A stretch of 64,000 nucleotides of DNA from Nannocystis bainbridge (GTDB lineage: Bacteria > Myxococcota_A > Polyangia > Nannocystales > Nannocystaceae): positions 2,560,001-2,624,000 of the forward strand of contig NZ_JAQNDL010000001.1 of the NCBI RefSeq assembly GCF_028368995.1. Reading direction: 5' to 3'. Each line of letters starts with the position of its first letter. Positions within the stretch are counted from its first letter, which is position 1. Under the pieces are notes generated by a model. That model was not told where the DNA came from and made no database searches. It was given only the letters and a program-made list of their open reading frames with translations. Of this stretch, positions 10,866 to 21,771 are shown piece by piece. The translations under genes were made by a program, and so were the position numbers.

Positions 10866-13586
10866 TCATAGCCGATCGAAGCGCAGGTCAACCTCGCGGG
10901 TCACGTGGCCGCGGCGGACGTCGGTCTGTAAAGTCACGGGTGCGAGCAGCTCCGCGAGCCCCGGCGGTGGGATCGCCTCGACCGTGACGTCGCCCTCCGG
11001 CAAGCCCTCCACCGACCAGCGCCCTTCGGTGTCGCTGGTGGTCTCGGCCAGCACGGTGTTGCCGTCGCGCGTGCGCACCGAGAGGCGCGCGCCGGCGACC
11101 GGCTCGCCGCGCTCGTCGGTGACCTCGCCGTCGAGGCCCGCAGCCTCGTCGAGGTCGACCACCAGCGTGGCCGGGGCGCCGCCCGCAGGCCGCGCGACCG
11201 AGTTGCCCACGCCGACCCAGCCGGGCGCCTCGACGCGCACGCGCACCCGCTCGCGCGCCAGCCGGGCGGCCCGCACCTCGCCGGCCTCGTCGGCGGCCCA
11301 CACCTGGCCGTCGACCTCGACGCGCGCGCCGGCGATCGGGTCGCCGCTGCCGGCGGCGCGCACGACGACCTCGAGCGACCAGCCGCGCGCGAGCGTGAGC
11401 TCGACCGGCGCGTCGCCGCGGCTGGCCTTGGCGATCTTCAGGCGCTTGCTGGCGGGCGCGTATTCGGGGTGGTCGAGCTCGAGCGTGGCTGTCCCCGGGA
11501 CCAGGTGCGCCAGCTCGAACAGCCCGCGCGCGTCGGTCCACGTCACCTCGGTCGGGGCCAGCTCGCCCGCGGGCAGCAGCGTCACCCGCACGCCGGCGAT
11601 CGGCTGGTCGTTGCCATCGCGAACCCGGCCCTCGAGCCCGCCCTCGGCCGGTTGCAGGACCTGCTCGATCGCCGTCGCTCGCCCCTCGAGATCGACCTCG
11701 AGCACCGCCGGCACCATGCCCGCCGCGCGGATGATGATCCGCTGCTTGCCGCGGCGATGGCCCGCGCTCCACACGCCGAAGCCGTCGCTCGTCACCACCG
11801 AGCCGTCGGCCAGCTCGATGCGCGCGCCGGCGATCGGCTGGCGGTTGCCGTCGAGCACGCGCCCGCCGAGCGGCACGCCCTGGCCCAGCGTCAGCACCAC
11901 CCCGTCCTCGCGCTCGCCCGGCGTGAGGTCGACGACCACCGTCGCCGAGCCCGCGTGGTCGCCATGGACCGCGCGCAGGCGGTAGCGCCCGGGCATCAAC
12001 GTCTCGAGCGAGAAGTCGCCGCGCTCGTCGGTCTCGGCCCAGGTGCCGACCGTCTCGTCGTCGCCGACCAGCGGGATCGGGGGCACCGCCCCGCGCGTGA
12101 CCCCGAGGCTGCCGCCCCGCTGCAGCGCGGTGAACGTGCGCGCGCGGATCATCGCCTCGCCGGGGCTGTAGAGCGTGTCGGCGTCGACGAAGATCCTGGC
12201 CTCGGGGACAGGTCGCCCGTCGTCGTCGATCACCGTGCCGGCGATCCGGCCCGGGCGCACCAGCGTCAACGTCTGCCGCGCCGGCGCCTCCTTGCCGACG
12301 TCGACGGACAGTGACTCCGAGGGCAAGTAACCGTCGGCGTCGGCGCGCACCACGTAGGGGCCGGGCACCACCGGACCGAGGTCGGCCTGCCCGCGGTCGT
12401 CGGCCTCGGCGATCTGCTGCAACAGACCGACGCTGGCGTAGCCGAGGGTCACGCGGGCGCGCGGCACCGGCGAGCCGTCGGGGCTGACGACCTCCACCGG
12501 CACGCGCTGGGCGGCGATCAGCGCCAGGCTGACGTGCGCGCCGGGGCTCAGGTTCTCGAGCGGGATCGAGGCGTACTCCTGCTCGCCGGGCCGCTCGGCC
12601 CGCACCTGCGCGACCAGCCCGTAGACCCCGTCGACCAGGTCGCCGAACAAAAACTCGCCGCCCGCGCCGGCCGGCTGCACGAGCGGCGGCCACAGCGACG
12701 AGCCCTCGAGCCGCACCTGCGCGCGGCTCACCAGCGCCGGGTCGCCGACCACCGCCCCGCCGAGGTCCTGCAGCGAGTCGACCACGATCACCACCCCGGC
12801 CTCGGGCGCGAACGCCTCGATCACCGACAGCGCGAACCCTTGCCCGGTCGCGCGCAGGCGCAGCGGCCCGGCCGGCACCGTGTCGAGCACGAACGCCCCG
12901 GCCGCGTCGCTGTCGATCCGCCACGGCTCCGGCTCGCCGAGGCCCGGCAGCGGCGTCGCCTCGATGCGCACCCCGACCACCGGCTCGCCGCGCCGATCGA
13001 TCACCTGTCCCTTGAGCCAGGAAGCCGGCCCGAGCGCCAGCGTCGGCAGCACCGCCTCCGTGCCCGCCTGCGCCGGCGCCGTCAGCACCCCGCGCAGGTG
13101 GCCTGGCACCAGCACCTCGATCGTCACCGCCGCCGCCGGTCCGGCCGGCAGCGCCAGGTCGAGCGCGAACTGGCCCTCGGCGTCGCAGCGCGCCTCGGCC
13201 AGCAGGAACCCGCCGCGCCACGCCCGCGCCTTGCACTCGCGCGGCGGCGCCAGCGGCACCGGCGGCCCCTCGGCGCCTGGCTCTTTGTCCAGGGCGCTTG
13301 GGTCATAGCCTTCAGGACCGGTCTCATCGGACATGTCCTTCGCGCCAGGAGCTTCGACCGGCGCCGGCGAGGCCACCCCGACCTCGACCATCACCTTGCC
13401 GCGCACGCGCGCCGGCGGGGCGGTCTCGTCCGGCGCCGCGGTCGCCTCGGCGGGCGGCTCGCCCGTCCCGCCCGCGACCTCGCCGACCTGCCCCGCCTCG
13501 CGCCCGCAGCCGCGCAGGAGCAGCCCGCCGGTGGCCGCGAGGGCGACGACCAGGCCGACGAGCAGCGCCTGGGTTCGTCGCTGCAT
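10866..13586 (-). CDS. Large protein with repeated carboxypeptidase-regulatory-like domains
   Basis: N-terminal membrane anchor and repeated GxVxDxxGxPVxGAxV / TDxxGxF motifs. Confidence 0.85.
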   Translation of the reverse strand: MQRRTQALLVGLVVALAATGGLLLRGCGREAGQVGEVAGGTGEPPAEATAAPDETAPPARVRGKVMVEVGVASPAPVEAPGAKDMSDETGPEGYDPSALDKEPGAEGPPVPLAPPRECKARAWRGGFLLAEARCDAEGQFALDLALPAGPAAAVTIEVLVPGHLRGVLTAPAQAGTEAVLPTLALGPASWLKGQVIDRRGEPVVGVRIEATPLPGLGEPEPWRIDSDAAGAFVLDTVPAGPLRLRATGQGFALSVIEAFAPEAGVVIVVDSLQDLGGAVVGDPALVSRAQVRLEGSSLWPPLVQPAGAGGEFLFGDLVDGVYGLVAQVRAERPGEQEYASIPLENLSPGAHVSLALIAAQRVPVEVVSPDGSPVPRARVTLGYASVGLLQQIAEADDRGQADLGPVVPGPYVVRADADGYLPSESLSVDVGKEAPARQTLTLVRPGRIAGTVIDDDGRPVPEARIFVDADTLYSPGEAMIRARTFTALQRGGSLGVTRGAVPPIPLVGDDETVGTWAETDERGDFSLETLMPGRYRLRAVHGDHAGSATVVVDLTPGEREDGVVLTLGQGVPLGGRVLDGNRQPIAGARIELADGSVVTSDGFGVWSAGHRRGKQRIIIRAAGMVPAVLEVDLEGRATAIEQVLQPAEGGLEGRVRDGNDQPIAGVRVTLLPAGELAPTEVTWTDARGLFELAHLVPGTATLELDHPEYAPASKRLKIAKASRGDAPVELTLARGWSLEVVVRAAGSGDPIAGARVEVDGQVWAADEAGEVRAARLARERVRVRVEAPGWVGVGNSVARPAGGAPATLVVDLDEAAGLDGEVTDERGEPVAGARLSVRTRDGNTVLAETTSDTEGRWSVEGLPEGDVTVEAIPPPGLAELLAPVTLQTDVRRGHVTREVDLRFDRL

Positions 13587-13981
13587 CAGCCGACGGCGAT
13601 CGCGTCGATCTCGACCAGCACGTCCTTCGGCAGCGTCGCCACCGCCACGGTCGAGCGGGCCGGGCGGTGGTCGCCGAAGTGGCGCCCGTAGATCTCGTTG
13701 ACCGCCGCGAAGTCCTTCATGTCCTTGAGGAAGATCCCGCAGCGCACGACGCTGGCGAAGTCCATGCCCGCGGCGCGGAGGATCGCGGCGAGGTTCAGCA
13801 TCACCCGCTCGGTCTGCGCCTTGATGTCGCCGTCGACGATCTGCATCGTCTGCGGGTCGAGCGGGATCTGGCCGGCGGTGTAGAGCGTGCGACCGCCGCT
13901 GACGACGATCCCCTGGCTGTACGGGCCGATCGCGGCCGGTGCGTCGGGGGTGGAGATGACCGTGCGGACGACGTCAGACAT
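13586..13981 (-). CDS. ridA: RidA/YjgF-family enamine/imine deaminase
   Basis: APAAIGPYSQG, AGQIPLDP and PARSTVAVATLPKDVLVEID. Confidence 0.95.
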   Translation of the reverse strand: MSDVVRTVISTPDAPAAIGPYSQGIVVSGGRTLYTAGQIPLDPQTMQIVDGDIKAQTERVMLNLAAILRAAGMDFASVVRCGIFLKDMKDFAAVNEIYGRHFGDHRPARSTVAVATLPKDVLVEIDAIAVG

Positions 13982-14114
13982 GGCGGTTAGGGTCGCCGAT
14001 GCCCGGGGCTGGGGCAAGGGCGTTGCGAGCCGCGGCGCCGACCCAATACGAGGAGCGCGCCGGACCGAAGTCTGGCGCGCTCGACTCACGCTTGCTGCTG
14101 GGGCAGCCGGAGGC

Positions 14115-14390
14115 TCAGGCCGCCGGAGCGTTCTTCTTGTTGAACGCGAGACGCACGCGCGACGCGTAGCGCGACGCGGTGTTGCGGTGGATCACGCCCT
14201 TGCTGGCGGCCTTGCCGATCGCCTGCAGCGCGAGCGGCAGGTTCTCCTGGGCGCCTTCGAGGTCACCACCCTCGAGGGCCTTGCGCAGCCGCTTCATGTA
14301 CGTCCGCATGGTGGACAGGTGAAATACATTACGCTCGCGCCGCTTGAGACGTTGACGGTTGCGCTTCTCTGCCGACTTGTGATTCGCCAC
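14115..14390 (-). CDS. rpsT: 30S ribosomal protein S20
   Basis: MANHKSAEKRNRQ...KGVIHRNTASR, with an AGGAAG RBS upstream. Confidence 0.97.
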   Translation of the reverse strand: MANHKSAEKRNRQRLKRRERNVFHLSTMRTYMKRLRKALEGGDLEGAQENLPLALQAIGKAASKGVIHRNTASRYASRVRLAFNKKNAPAA

Positions 14391-14416
14391 GGCTCTGGTC
14401 TTCCTGGAGGGGAGGG

Positions 14417-14448
14417 AGCTTATGGACCGGGGGCGCGGCCCTTGTCAA
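14417..14448 (-). promoter_or_regulatory. Possible sigma70-type promoter of rpsT
   Basis: Perfect TTGACA on the minus strand (14448-14443). The -10 candidates CATAAG/TAAGCT lie 18-20 nt away, so spacing is not ideal. Confidence 0.4.
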
Positions 14449-14565
14449 GGCGACGACCGGCTGCCACTGTAGGCCGCACGCGCCGCGGTGTGCGGGTCCT
14501 CCGTGCCTTTGAGCCCGAGTTTTGCTCGTGCACGGGCGTCCCGACGCGTGTAGACCCTCACAGCC

Positions 14566-15420
14566 ATGCCGACCTGCCCTTCGCTGCGCCCGTGGAGCCT
14601 GCTCGCCGCCTTTTTGGTCGGCTGCGTGTTCGTCCCGCCCCCGCCGCTGCCGGAGGAGATCGCTGCGATGGAGGCCGCCAAGGCCGCCCGCAAGTCGGGC
14701 CGCCCGTCGGCGCCGGGGGAGACCGAGGGCGAAGGAGGCGGCGGCGCCGAGATCGCCTTCAAGAAGGGCGACCCGGCCCCCGAGGGCCTCTCGCCGGCGC
14801 AGCTGCGGGCCTACAACGTCGCCCAGGGCGACCCGGAATCCGGCGAGTTCACCCTCGAAGAGGCCCTCGCCGGCCTGCCCGGCCGCCCCGACGACGCGCT
14901 GTGGGCCCTCCTCAAGACCCCGCGCGGCGTCCTCGAGTGTGAGCTGCACGTCGAGACCACGCCGAAGACCATCGCCAACTTCGTCGGCCTCGCCCGCGGT
15001 CTGCGCCCCTGGTACGACAAGGCCTCGGACGCGTGGGTCAAGCGGCCCTACTACGACAACTCGACCTTCCACCGCGTGATCCCCGGCTTCATGGTCCAGG
15101 CCGGCGACCCGACCGGCACCGGCCTCGGCAACCCCGGCTACCTGATCGAGGACGAGATCGATCCGGAGCTGATCCACGACGCGCCCGGCGTGCTCAGCAT
15201 GGCCAACCGCGGCCCCAACACCGGCAGCGCCCAGTTCTTCATCACCCTCAACCCGACCCCGCACCTCGACGGCAAGCACACCGTGTTCGGCCACTGCAAC
15301 GACGCCGCCATGCGCCTGGCCGACGACATCGCCCTGGTCCCGCGCGACGCCAACGACAAGCCGCGCGACCCCGAGCTGCTGAACGCGATCGAGATCGTCC
15401 GCCGCCCGCGCGCCCGCTGA
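14566..15420 (+). CDS. Cyclophilin-type peptidyl-prolyl isomerase, lipoprotein
   Basis: [36 protein letters not shown] and [10 protein letters not shown], plus lipobox LVGC. Confidence 0.95.
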   Translation: MPTCPSLRPWSLLAAFLVGCVFVPPPPLPEEIAAMEAAKAARKSGRPSAPGETEGEGGGGAEIAFKKGDPAPEGLSPAQLRAYNVAQGDPESGEFTLEEALAGLPGRPDDALWALLKTPRGVLECELHVETTPKTIANFVGLARGLRPWYDKASDAWVKRPYYDNSTFHRVIPGFMVQAGDPTGTGLGNPGYLIEDEIDPELIHDAPGVLSMANRGPNTGSAQFFITLNPTPHLDGKHTVFGHCNDAAMRLADDIALVPRDANDKPRDPELLNAIEIVRRPRAR

Positions 15421-15444
15421 CGCGCGGCTGTCCGCAAAGACATC

Positions 15445-15512
15445 CGACATGTCCCCCCAGACATGTCGTGACTCGGTGCATCAGGCGGTGACATGCCCCT
15501 GAAGACATGTCT
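15445..15512. repeat. 14-bp-period CATG-core pairs
   Basis: Cores at 15448/15462 and 15492/15506. Confidence 0.75.
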
Positions 15513-15623
15513 CCGAAGCCAGGCGACCGCGCCGGCCGCCCGCCGCCCGGCTCTCGCGGACCGCCGCTGCGCCGTCCCCTGACCGGCGCCGCCGGCCCGC
15601 GACATCCTCTGCTATGGTGGGGC

Positions 15624-15929
15624 GTGCTCGTCGTCCATGTCCACGTCCACGTCGTGCCCGACCAGGTCGAGGCGTTCCGGGCCGCCACCGTCGCCAACGC
15701 GCGCGAGAGCGTGCGCGAGCCCGGCATCGCCCGCTTCGACGTCCTGCAGCAGGAGGGCGACGCGACCCGCTTCGTCCTCGTCGAGGTCTACCGCGACGAG
15801 GCCGCGCCCGCGCGCCACAAGGAGACCGCGCACTACCAGACCTGGCGCGACGCCGTCGCGCCGATGATGGCCAGCCCGCGCACCAGCGTCCGCTTCGCCA
15901 ACACCTTCCCGGCGGACGACGCGTGGTGA
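15624..15929 (+). CDS. Antibiotic-biosynthesis monooxygenase / LsrG-like protein
   Basis: [12 protein letters not shown]...FVLVEVY...[15 protein letters not shown] start at 15624. Confidence 0.88.
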   Translation: MLVVHVHVHVVPDQVEAFRAATVANARESVREPGIARFDVLQQEGDATRFVLVEVYRDEAAPARHKETAHYQTWRDAVAPMMASPRTSVRFANTFPADDAW

Positions 15930-17086
15930 TCCCGTTCGAGCTCGCGACCGCCGCGCGCATCGTGTTCGGCGTCGGCGTCGCCGCCCAGGTCGGCCCGATC
16001 GCCGCCGAGCACGGGCGCCGCGCCCTCGTCGTCACCGGCCGCGACCCGGCCCGCGCCGAACCTGTCCTCGAGGCCATGCACGCCGCCGGCCTCGAGCTGT
16101 CCGTGTTCACCGTCGCCGGCGAGCCGACGGTCGCCGACGCCGAGCGCGGGGTCGTCGCCGCCCGCGCCTGCGCCTGCGACGTGGTGGTGGCGATCGGCGG
16201 CGGCAGCCCGCTCGACGCCGGCAAGGCGATCGCCGCCCTCGTGCGCAACCCCGGCCCGCCGCTCGACTACCTCGAGGTCGTCGGCCGCGGCCGCCCGCTC
16301 GTCCACGACCCGGTGCCCTTCGTCGCCGTGCCGACCACCGCCGGCACCGGCTCCGAGGTCACGCGCAACGCCGTGCTCGCGGCCGAGGACCAGCGCGTCA
16401 AGGTCAGCCTGCGCAGCCCGAAGATGCTGCCGCGCGCCGCGATCGTCGACCCCGCGCTGACGCTGTCGCTGCCGCCGGCCGTGACCGCCGATTGCGGCCT
16501 CGACGCCCTCACCCAGTTGATCGAGCCGTTCTTGTCGCGCAGGGCCAACCCGATCACCGACGCCCTGTGCCGCGACGGCATCGCTCGGGCCGCCCGGGCC
16601 CTGCCGCGTGCGTTCGCCGACGGCAGCGACCTCGAAGCCCGCAGCGACATGGCCCTCGCCAGCCTGCTCGGCGGCCTCGCCCTCGCCAACGCCGGCCTCG
16701 GGGCCGTGCACGGCTTCGCCGGCCCGATCGGCGGCGCCTTCCCCGACGCCCCGCACGGGGCCGTGTGCGCCCGCCTGCTGCCCGAGGCGCTGCGGATCAA
16801 CGCCCGCGCCCTGCGAGCCCGCGAGCCCACGAGCCCGGCCCTGGCCCGCTTCGACGAGGTCGCCCGCCTCGTCACCGGCGACCCCGCCGCCACGCTCGAC
16901 CACGCGGTCGACCACCTGCGCGCCCTGGTCGCGTCGCTGCAGATCCGCCCGCTCGCCGCGTTCGGCCTGCGCGCCGCCGACCTGCCCGCGCTCGTCGAGC
17001 GCGCCCGCCAGGCCAGCAGCATGAAGGCCAACCCGCTCGACCTCACCGACACCGAGCTGCACGAGGCCCTGGCAGCCGCGCTTTAA
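15926..17086 (+). CDS. Iron-containing alcohol dehydrogenase
   Basis: [28 protein letters not shown] and PHG motifs. GTGA overlap with the upstream gene. Confidence 0.93.
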   Translation: MIPFELATAARIVFGVGVAAQVGPIAAEHGRRALVVTGRDPARAEPVLEAMHAAGLELSVFTVAGEPTVADAERGVVAARACACDVVVAIGGGSPLDAGKAIAALVRNPGPPLDYLEVVGRGRPLVHDPVPFVAVPTTAGTGSEVTRNAVLAAEDQRVKVSLRSPKMLPRAAIVDPALTLSLPPAVTADCGLDALTQLIEPFLSRRANPITDALCRDGIARAARALPRAFADGSDLEARSDMALASLLGGLALANAGLGAVHGFAGPIGGAFPDAPHGAVCARLLPEALRINARALRAREPTSPALARFDEVARLVTGDPAATLDHAVDHLRALVASLQIRPLAAFGLRAADLPALVERARQASSMKANPLDLTDTELHEALAAAL

Positions 17087-17165
17087 GACATGCCCCTAAC
17101 AGCATGCTCTTGAGGACATGCCCCATACGACATGCCCTTATCGACATGTCTTGACGAGCATGTTG
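17086..17165. repeat. 14-bp-period CATG-core array, 6 units
   Basis: CATG at 17089, 17103, 17117, 17131, 17145 and 17159, starting at the ADH stop codon in a convergent junction. Confidence 0.92.
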
Positions 17166-17236
17166 ATGATCTGACCGACGAGCCAGCGACGAGCGACTCC
17201 GTCCTGGTCTCACGGGCCTGTCGCCTTGCCGGGCGC

Positions 17237-18166
17237 TCACTCGCACGGGTCTTCTTCACCGGCCGGCCCGCGCGGCGCGTGCAGCATCGACGACGGGATC
17301 GGCTTCGGCGGATCGTCGGCGTCGAAGCTGGCCAGCACCTGGACATGGGCGTCGCCGGAGAACTCGCTGTAGTCGACGCGCACATGATGGACCCCGGCCG
17401 CGAGCTGGGCCTCGCCGCCGCGCGACTGCGTCTTGCCGCGGGTGCGGTTGAGCACGATCAGGTCGCCGTCGACGTAGACCCGCGAGCCGTCGTCGGAGAT
17501 CGACTGGAAGATCGCCTTCGTCGGCGCGTCGAGGTGCAGGCAGCTGTCCCAGCGGACCGAGAACTGATCGGCCGGCACCTCGGCCATCGGCGCGTCGCGG
17601 CCCCAGTCGAAATCGACCGCGCGGTCGTAGCGGATCTGCCACTTCCCGCTGTGGTCGGCGCGGGCGTAGTAGGTCCCGCGCCACGGCTGCAGCGTCAGCG
17701 TCCACCACGGCCGCACCGCGATCAGCAGCACCACCGCCGCCGCCGCCGCGATCGCGGCCTTCCTGGTCCAGCCGGGCCGCCGCGCCCCCTCGCCGCGGGC
17801 CAGCGCGATCAGCCGCCCGAGCCGCCACGTGTGCGCCTCGACCTCCGCCCGCCCCAGCGGGAACTCGCGCGGCTCCCACGACGGCCGCGCCCGCTCGGCC
17901 TGCAGCGCCGGCAAAACCCGCCCCAGCTCCGTCACCGCTCGCGGACCGACGCCCGCCTGCAGCCGCGCCGGCAACCACCCGGGCAGATCGGCGATGTCCG
18001 CAGGAACATGTCCCTCGGGACAGACGCCGCGCGCCAGCGCCTCCCAGGCGCCGACGAGGTGGTGCGCCGCGCTGCGCGGCTCGCACGACGGGTCGACGGT
18101 CACCGCGCGCGCGGCCCGGTGGGCCGCCTCTGCCACGGTCAGAGCACGCTCGGTCTCGTTCATCAT
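17237..18166 (-). CDS. Membrane-anchored PA14 domain protein
   Basis: Transmembrane helix followed by VDFDWG...DQFSVRW...SDDGSRVYVDG (PA14 signature). Confidence 0.88.
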   Translation of the reverse strand: MMNETERALTVAEAAHRAARAVTVDPSCEPRSAAHHLVGAWEALARGVCPEGHVPADIADLPGWLPARLQAGVGPRAVTELGRVLPALQAERARPSWEPREFPLGRAEVEAHTWRLGRLIALARGEGARRPGWTRKAAIAAAAAVVLLIAVRPWWTLTLQPWRGTYYARADHSGKWQIRYDRAVDFDWGRDAPMAEVPADQFSVRWDSCLHLDAPTKAIFQSISDDGSRVYVDGDLIVLNRTRGKTQSRGGEAQLAAGVHHVRVDYSEFSGDAHVQVLASFDADDPPKPIPSSMLHAPRGPAGEEDPCE

Positions 18167-19911
18167 CCGCTCACCTCCTGATCCTTCTCGCTGGTCCTCG
18201 GCGCGGCCTGACGCGCGGGCAGTCGCCGGCGCGCCCCCTTCTCGGTGCGGTGCGAGATCGGCCGGTCGCGCAGGTCCTTCACCACATTGAGCGCCCCGCC
18301 CTCGCGCTCGACCGCGAACAGCTGCGGCGCGTCGGGGAAGCGCGTGTCACAGCGGTCGCGCAGGTAGCCGACGCTGAAGTCGGAGTACTCCCCGCCGGGC
18401 CGGGTCCTGAACGAGCGGAAGTTGGCCGGCACGTGCAGCCGCATCGCCTTGCCCGAGAGACAGCCCGTAAAGTAGTACACCGAGTCGAGGTACGTCGCGC
18501 GCTCGTGGTCCCACAGCCACCGCTGCAGCTTCACCATCGCCTCGGGGTTGGTGTTGCCGTAATAGTCGGTGTCGTAGTGACCGATCGCCCCGGCCACCCC
18601 GCCGATCAGGCGATTGAAGTAGACCACCTGATGCGGGTGCAGCCGGATCGACTGCGCCAGCAGATCGGCCAGCAGCGCGCCTGTCAGCGCCCACGCGACC
18701 GCCCGCGCCCAGGATCGACGCAGCTGCACGATCAGCGCCTCGGTCGTCACCGCCGCCAGCGCCACCATCGGCGGGACCACGAACAGGAAGTGGCGATAGC
18801 CGTCGTACAGCGGCGAGCCCTTGTACACCGCGTAGATCGGCGGCACGAAGATCGCCATCCCCACCACCAGCAGCGCCAGCGCCGGTCGCACGTGCTCGGG
18901 CCGTGCGCCGCGGCGCATCAGCGCCACCACACCCCACAGCGTACCGATCGCCAGCATCCCCAGCACCAGCTCCGGCGTCTGAAACCCGAAGTAATGCGGC
19001 AGGTACTCCCAGCCGATCTCGTAGTTCCACACGTAACCGTCGGCGAACGGCATCTTGCGCTGGTGCGCGTCGAAGCTGCTCATGCGCCGCAGCGCCACGA
19101 ACGGCCGCGTCAGCGGGTCCAGCTGCGCCCACGGCCAGCCGATCAGCATCACCGCCCACGCCCCCGCGGTCACGCCCACGCCGATCGCCGCGACGCGTCG
19201 CACGTGGGCCGCCAGCGCCGCCCAGCTGCGCCGCAGCCACGCCGTGTGCGCGGCGAACAGACCCAGCGCCAGCGCGAGGAAGCAGAACAGGATCAGCCCG
19301 GCGATCCGCACGCTGAGCGCCAGGCCGATCGCCACCGCCAGCTTGGCCAGCGTCGCCCGTGACGGCCGCGGCAGCTCGGCGATCGTCACCACCATATAAT
19401 AAAGGCTCCACGCGTAGGCGACCGCGAACGGGCTGTCCTTCGGGTTGTTGAACATGTGGCCCCACCACACCGGGTGGAGCGTCAACATCACCAGCGTCAG
19501 CAGGCCCACGCGCGGGCCCCCGAGCGCACGCCCGAGCTTCCACGCGCCCATCAGCCCGAGCACGCCGACGAGCCCGCCGAGCAGGTGGATCGCGGTGAAA
19601 CCCTCCATCGGCGCCGCGATCGCGCGGAACATCGCCCCCAGCAGGTCGTAGCCGCCGCCGTAGAGATAGTTGATGCGGTACGTCAGCGCGCCGGTGTCGT
19701 TGAAACCCGACGTGTACCACTGGGCGATCCGCGACCCGTACGCGAGGTGCCACGCCTCGTCCCACGTGACCCCGTACTGGCGGAACGTCGCCAGCACCGT
19801 GACCAGCGTGCCCGCGAGCCACACCCACGCGACGCGGTCGTACGCCCGCGCGGACGCGGCCGGGTTCGACGGTAACAGGCGCGACAGCAACGACGATGAT
19901 GCGTGGGACAA
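18163..19911 (-). CDS. GT-C/ArnT/PMT-like polytopic membrane glycosyltransferase
   Basis: YGVTWDE near the N-terminus, NNPKD, LYDGYRHFLF and many transmembrane helices. The start is uncertain: TTG 19911 chosen, but the ORF is open to 20088. Confidence 0.75.
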   Translation of the reverse strand: MSHASSSLLSRLLPSNPAASARAYDRVAWVWLAGTLVTVLATFRQYGVTWDEAWHLAYGSRIAQWYTSGFNDTGALTYRINYLYGGGYDLLGAMFRAIAAPMEGFTAIHLLGGLVGVLGLMGAWKLGRALGGPRVGLLTLVMLTLHPVWWGHMFNNPKDSPFAVAYAWSLYYMVVTIAELPRPSRATLAKLAVAIGLALSVRIAGLILFCFLALALGLFAAHTAWLRRSWAALAAHVRRVAAIGVGVTAGAWAVMLIGWPWAQLDPLTRPFVALRRMSSFDAHQRKMPFADGYVWNYEIGWEYLPHYFGFQTPELVLGMLAIGTLWGVVALMRRGARPEHVRPALALLVVGMAIFVPPIYAVYKGSPLYDGYRHFLFVVPPMVALAAVTTEALIVQLRRSWARAVAWALTGALLADLLAQSIRLHPHQVVYFNRLIGGVAGAIGHYDTDYYGNTNPEAMVKLQRWLWDHERATYLDSVYYFTGCLSGKAMRLHVPANFRSFRTRPGGEYSDFSVGYLRDRCDTRFPDAPQLFAVEREGGALNVVKDLRDRPISHRTEKGARRRLPARQAAPRTSEKDQEVSG

Positions 19912-20352
19912 GCGGCCCGACCTCGAAAGCGCCCCCAGTGTGGCGAGCGCCGCGGCCGGTTCAAGCGATCGAACAATTGTTCGCGAGCTCGCGACCTCCG
20001 GGTCACGCGCGAGGCCGTCGGTCGCGACGGCGACGCAGCGCTGTGACAGGTCCCGCGCGCCCAGTGCTCCCGCGATCTTCCATCCCACCCCTCCGGCGCT
20101 CCCCCGCCCCCACGCATCACTCGCGCCCCCGGCGCGCGGAAAGCTTCCGCATCACCCGATCCTCCGCGCCCACCACCACCTGTCTCAAGAGACATCCTCA
20201 TCCACATCTCCGCCCCCGAAGCCCCGCCGCCTCGCACTCCCTGTCCTTCAGGACATCTCGCTGACCTGCGAGTCCTCCCGGCCTCACCCTGCTCTCTGCC
20301 CGCAAACGCCCCCTCGGACCCTCGCGCCGCGCGTGTTAGGCTCGCCGCCGCC

Positions 20353-21222
20353 GTGACCGCCCCGACCGAAGCGCCGCCGGCCCTCGCCTCGACCGCCTGG
20401 CTCGCCCCCGGCCCGCTCCCGGCCCGCCGCGGCCTCGCCTTGCTCGCCTGGGGCCTCGCGCAGCCGCTGATCGGCCTGCGCGTCGTCGTGCGCGAGCCGG
20501 CCCTGCTGCGCGCCGCCGCCAGGCCCGTGCTGCTGTTCGCCGGCTTCTGCGTGCTCGTCGCCTTCATCGCCGAGGACGACGCCGCCGGACGGCTCGAGGT
20601 CTTCCTCACCACCCTCGTCACCCTCGCCCCGGCTCCGGTCATCCTGTTCGGCAAGACCTACCGCCGCCTCGCCGCCGCCGCCCGCGTCCCGCTCGGCCTG
20701 TCCCCTAGGACAGCCGAGATGCCACGGCTGTGGACCGCCATCGGCGACGCCGCCCGCCAGGCCGTCCTGCTCGCCATCGGCCTCGTCCCCGTCTGGCTCG
20801 CCTTCGAGCTCGTGCAGGCGTTCTGGCCCGACGCCGCGGACGGCTTCGTGTGGATCGCCTGGGCCGTCGGCGGCTTCTGGGCCCTGCACTGGATCGTCGT
20901 CGAGGCGCTCGACAACGGCCACACCGTCGACCCCGCCGCCGCCAAGGAGACGGCGCTGGTGCCCGTCGACCCGTGGTTCGTGCGCCTGTGGCAGTTCCCG
21001 CTGCTGCGCCGCTGCTCCGGCCTGCTGCGCCGGCTCAGTCGGCCCTGGCGGCGCGAGCTCGAGCTCGTCGCCCGCTACCCCGAGCTCGCGCTCGGCCTCG
21101 GCCTCGGCGTCGCCGCCATGATCGCCGTGCCGTTCGTCGCCCTGGTTTTCCGTCCGGCCGCGGTCGTCGCCGCGGTCCACGTGCTCGGCCGCGTCGAGCA
21201 GGCCGCCGCCCCGCCGCAGTGA
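20353..21222 (+). CDS. Polytopic membrane protein (EI24/CysZ-like)
   Basis: Several hydrophobic helices. The family call is tentative. Confidence 0.6.
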   Translation: MTAPTEAPPALASTAWLAPGPLPARRGLALLAWGLAQPLIGLRVVVREPALLRAAARPVLLFAGFCVLVAFIAEDDAAGRLEVFLTTLVTLAPAPVILFGKTYRRLAAAARVPLGLSPRTAEMPRLWTAIGDAARQAVLLAIGLVPVWLAFELVQAFWPDAADGFVWIAWAVGGFWALHWIVVEALDNGHTVDPAAAKETALVPVDPWFVRLWQFPLLRRCSGLLRRLSRPWRRELELVARYPELALGLGLGVAAMIAVPFVALVFRPAAVVAAVHVLGRVEQAAAPPQ

Positions 21223-21231
21223 GGCGCTTGC

Positions 21232-21283
21232 GAGCATGTCCCCGGGGGCATGTCCCCGAGAACATGCCCCGAAGGTCATGCGC
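21232..21283. repeat. 14-bp-period CATG-core array, 4 units
   Basis: CATG at 21235, 21249, 21263 and 21277 in a convergent junction. Confidence 0.9.
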
Positions 21284-21289
21284 GCCGCG

Positions 21290-21751
21290 TCAATCGGCGT
21301 GCTCGACCATGAACTCGAACGCCGCCGTGCACGGGAACTTCACCTTCGCCACGGCCGCCACCAGCGAGCACTGCGAGCCGTTGCAGACCACCCGCGCGTC
21401 GCGTCGCCCGCTGCCGACGGTCTCCGACGTGAAGCTGCCGACCTCGGTCGTCGTCACGTCGAGGGTCACGTCGGTCATGCTGATCTTCGCCCGCAGCAGG
21501 TGCTCCGGGCAGTCGAACTCCTTGCCCGACAGCTCGCACGCGAACACCCCCGTGGTGTTGTCCGCGAGGATGGTGAACGTGCCGCCGTTCTCGTTGGTGA
21601 GCACGAAGTCGCCGGACAGCATGTCGGTGATCGACCCGCAGCTCTCGTCGATCGTCTCGCCGGGGAGGAAGTTCCACCGCCCGTCGCGCGGCTCGAACTC
21701 GTTCCCGCAGCCGACCAGCAGCGACACCCCCAGAAACCACGCGCGCTTCAT
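21290..21751 (-). CDS. Hypothetical lipoprotein
   Basis: MKRAWFLGVSLLVGC lipobox followed by a Cys-containing beta-rich domain. Confidence 0.8.
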   Translation of the reverse strand: MKRAWFLGVSLLVGCGNEFEPRDGRWNFLPGETIDESCGSITDMLSGDFVLTNENGGTFTILADNTTGVFACELSGKEFDCPEHLLRAKISMTDVTLDVTTTEVGSFTSETVGSGRRDARVVCNGSQCSLVAAVAKVKFPCTAAFEFMVEHAD

Positions 21752-21771
21752 GCCGCGCAGCCTAGCAGGCC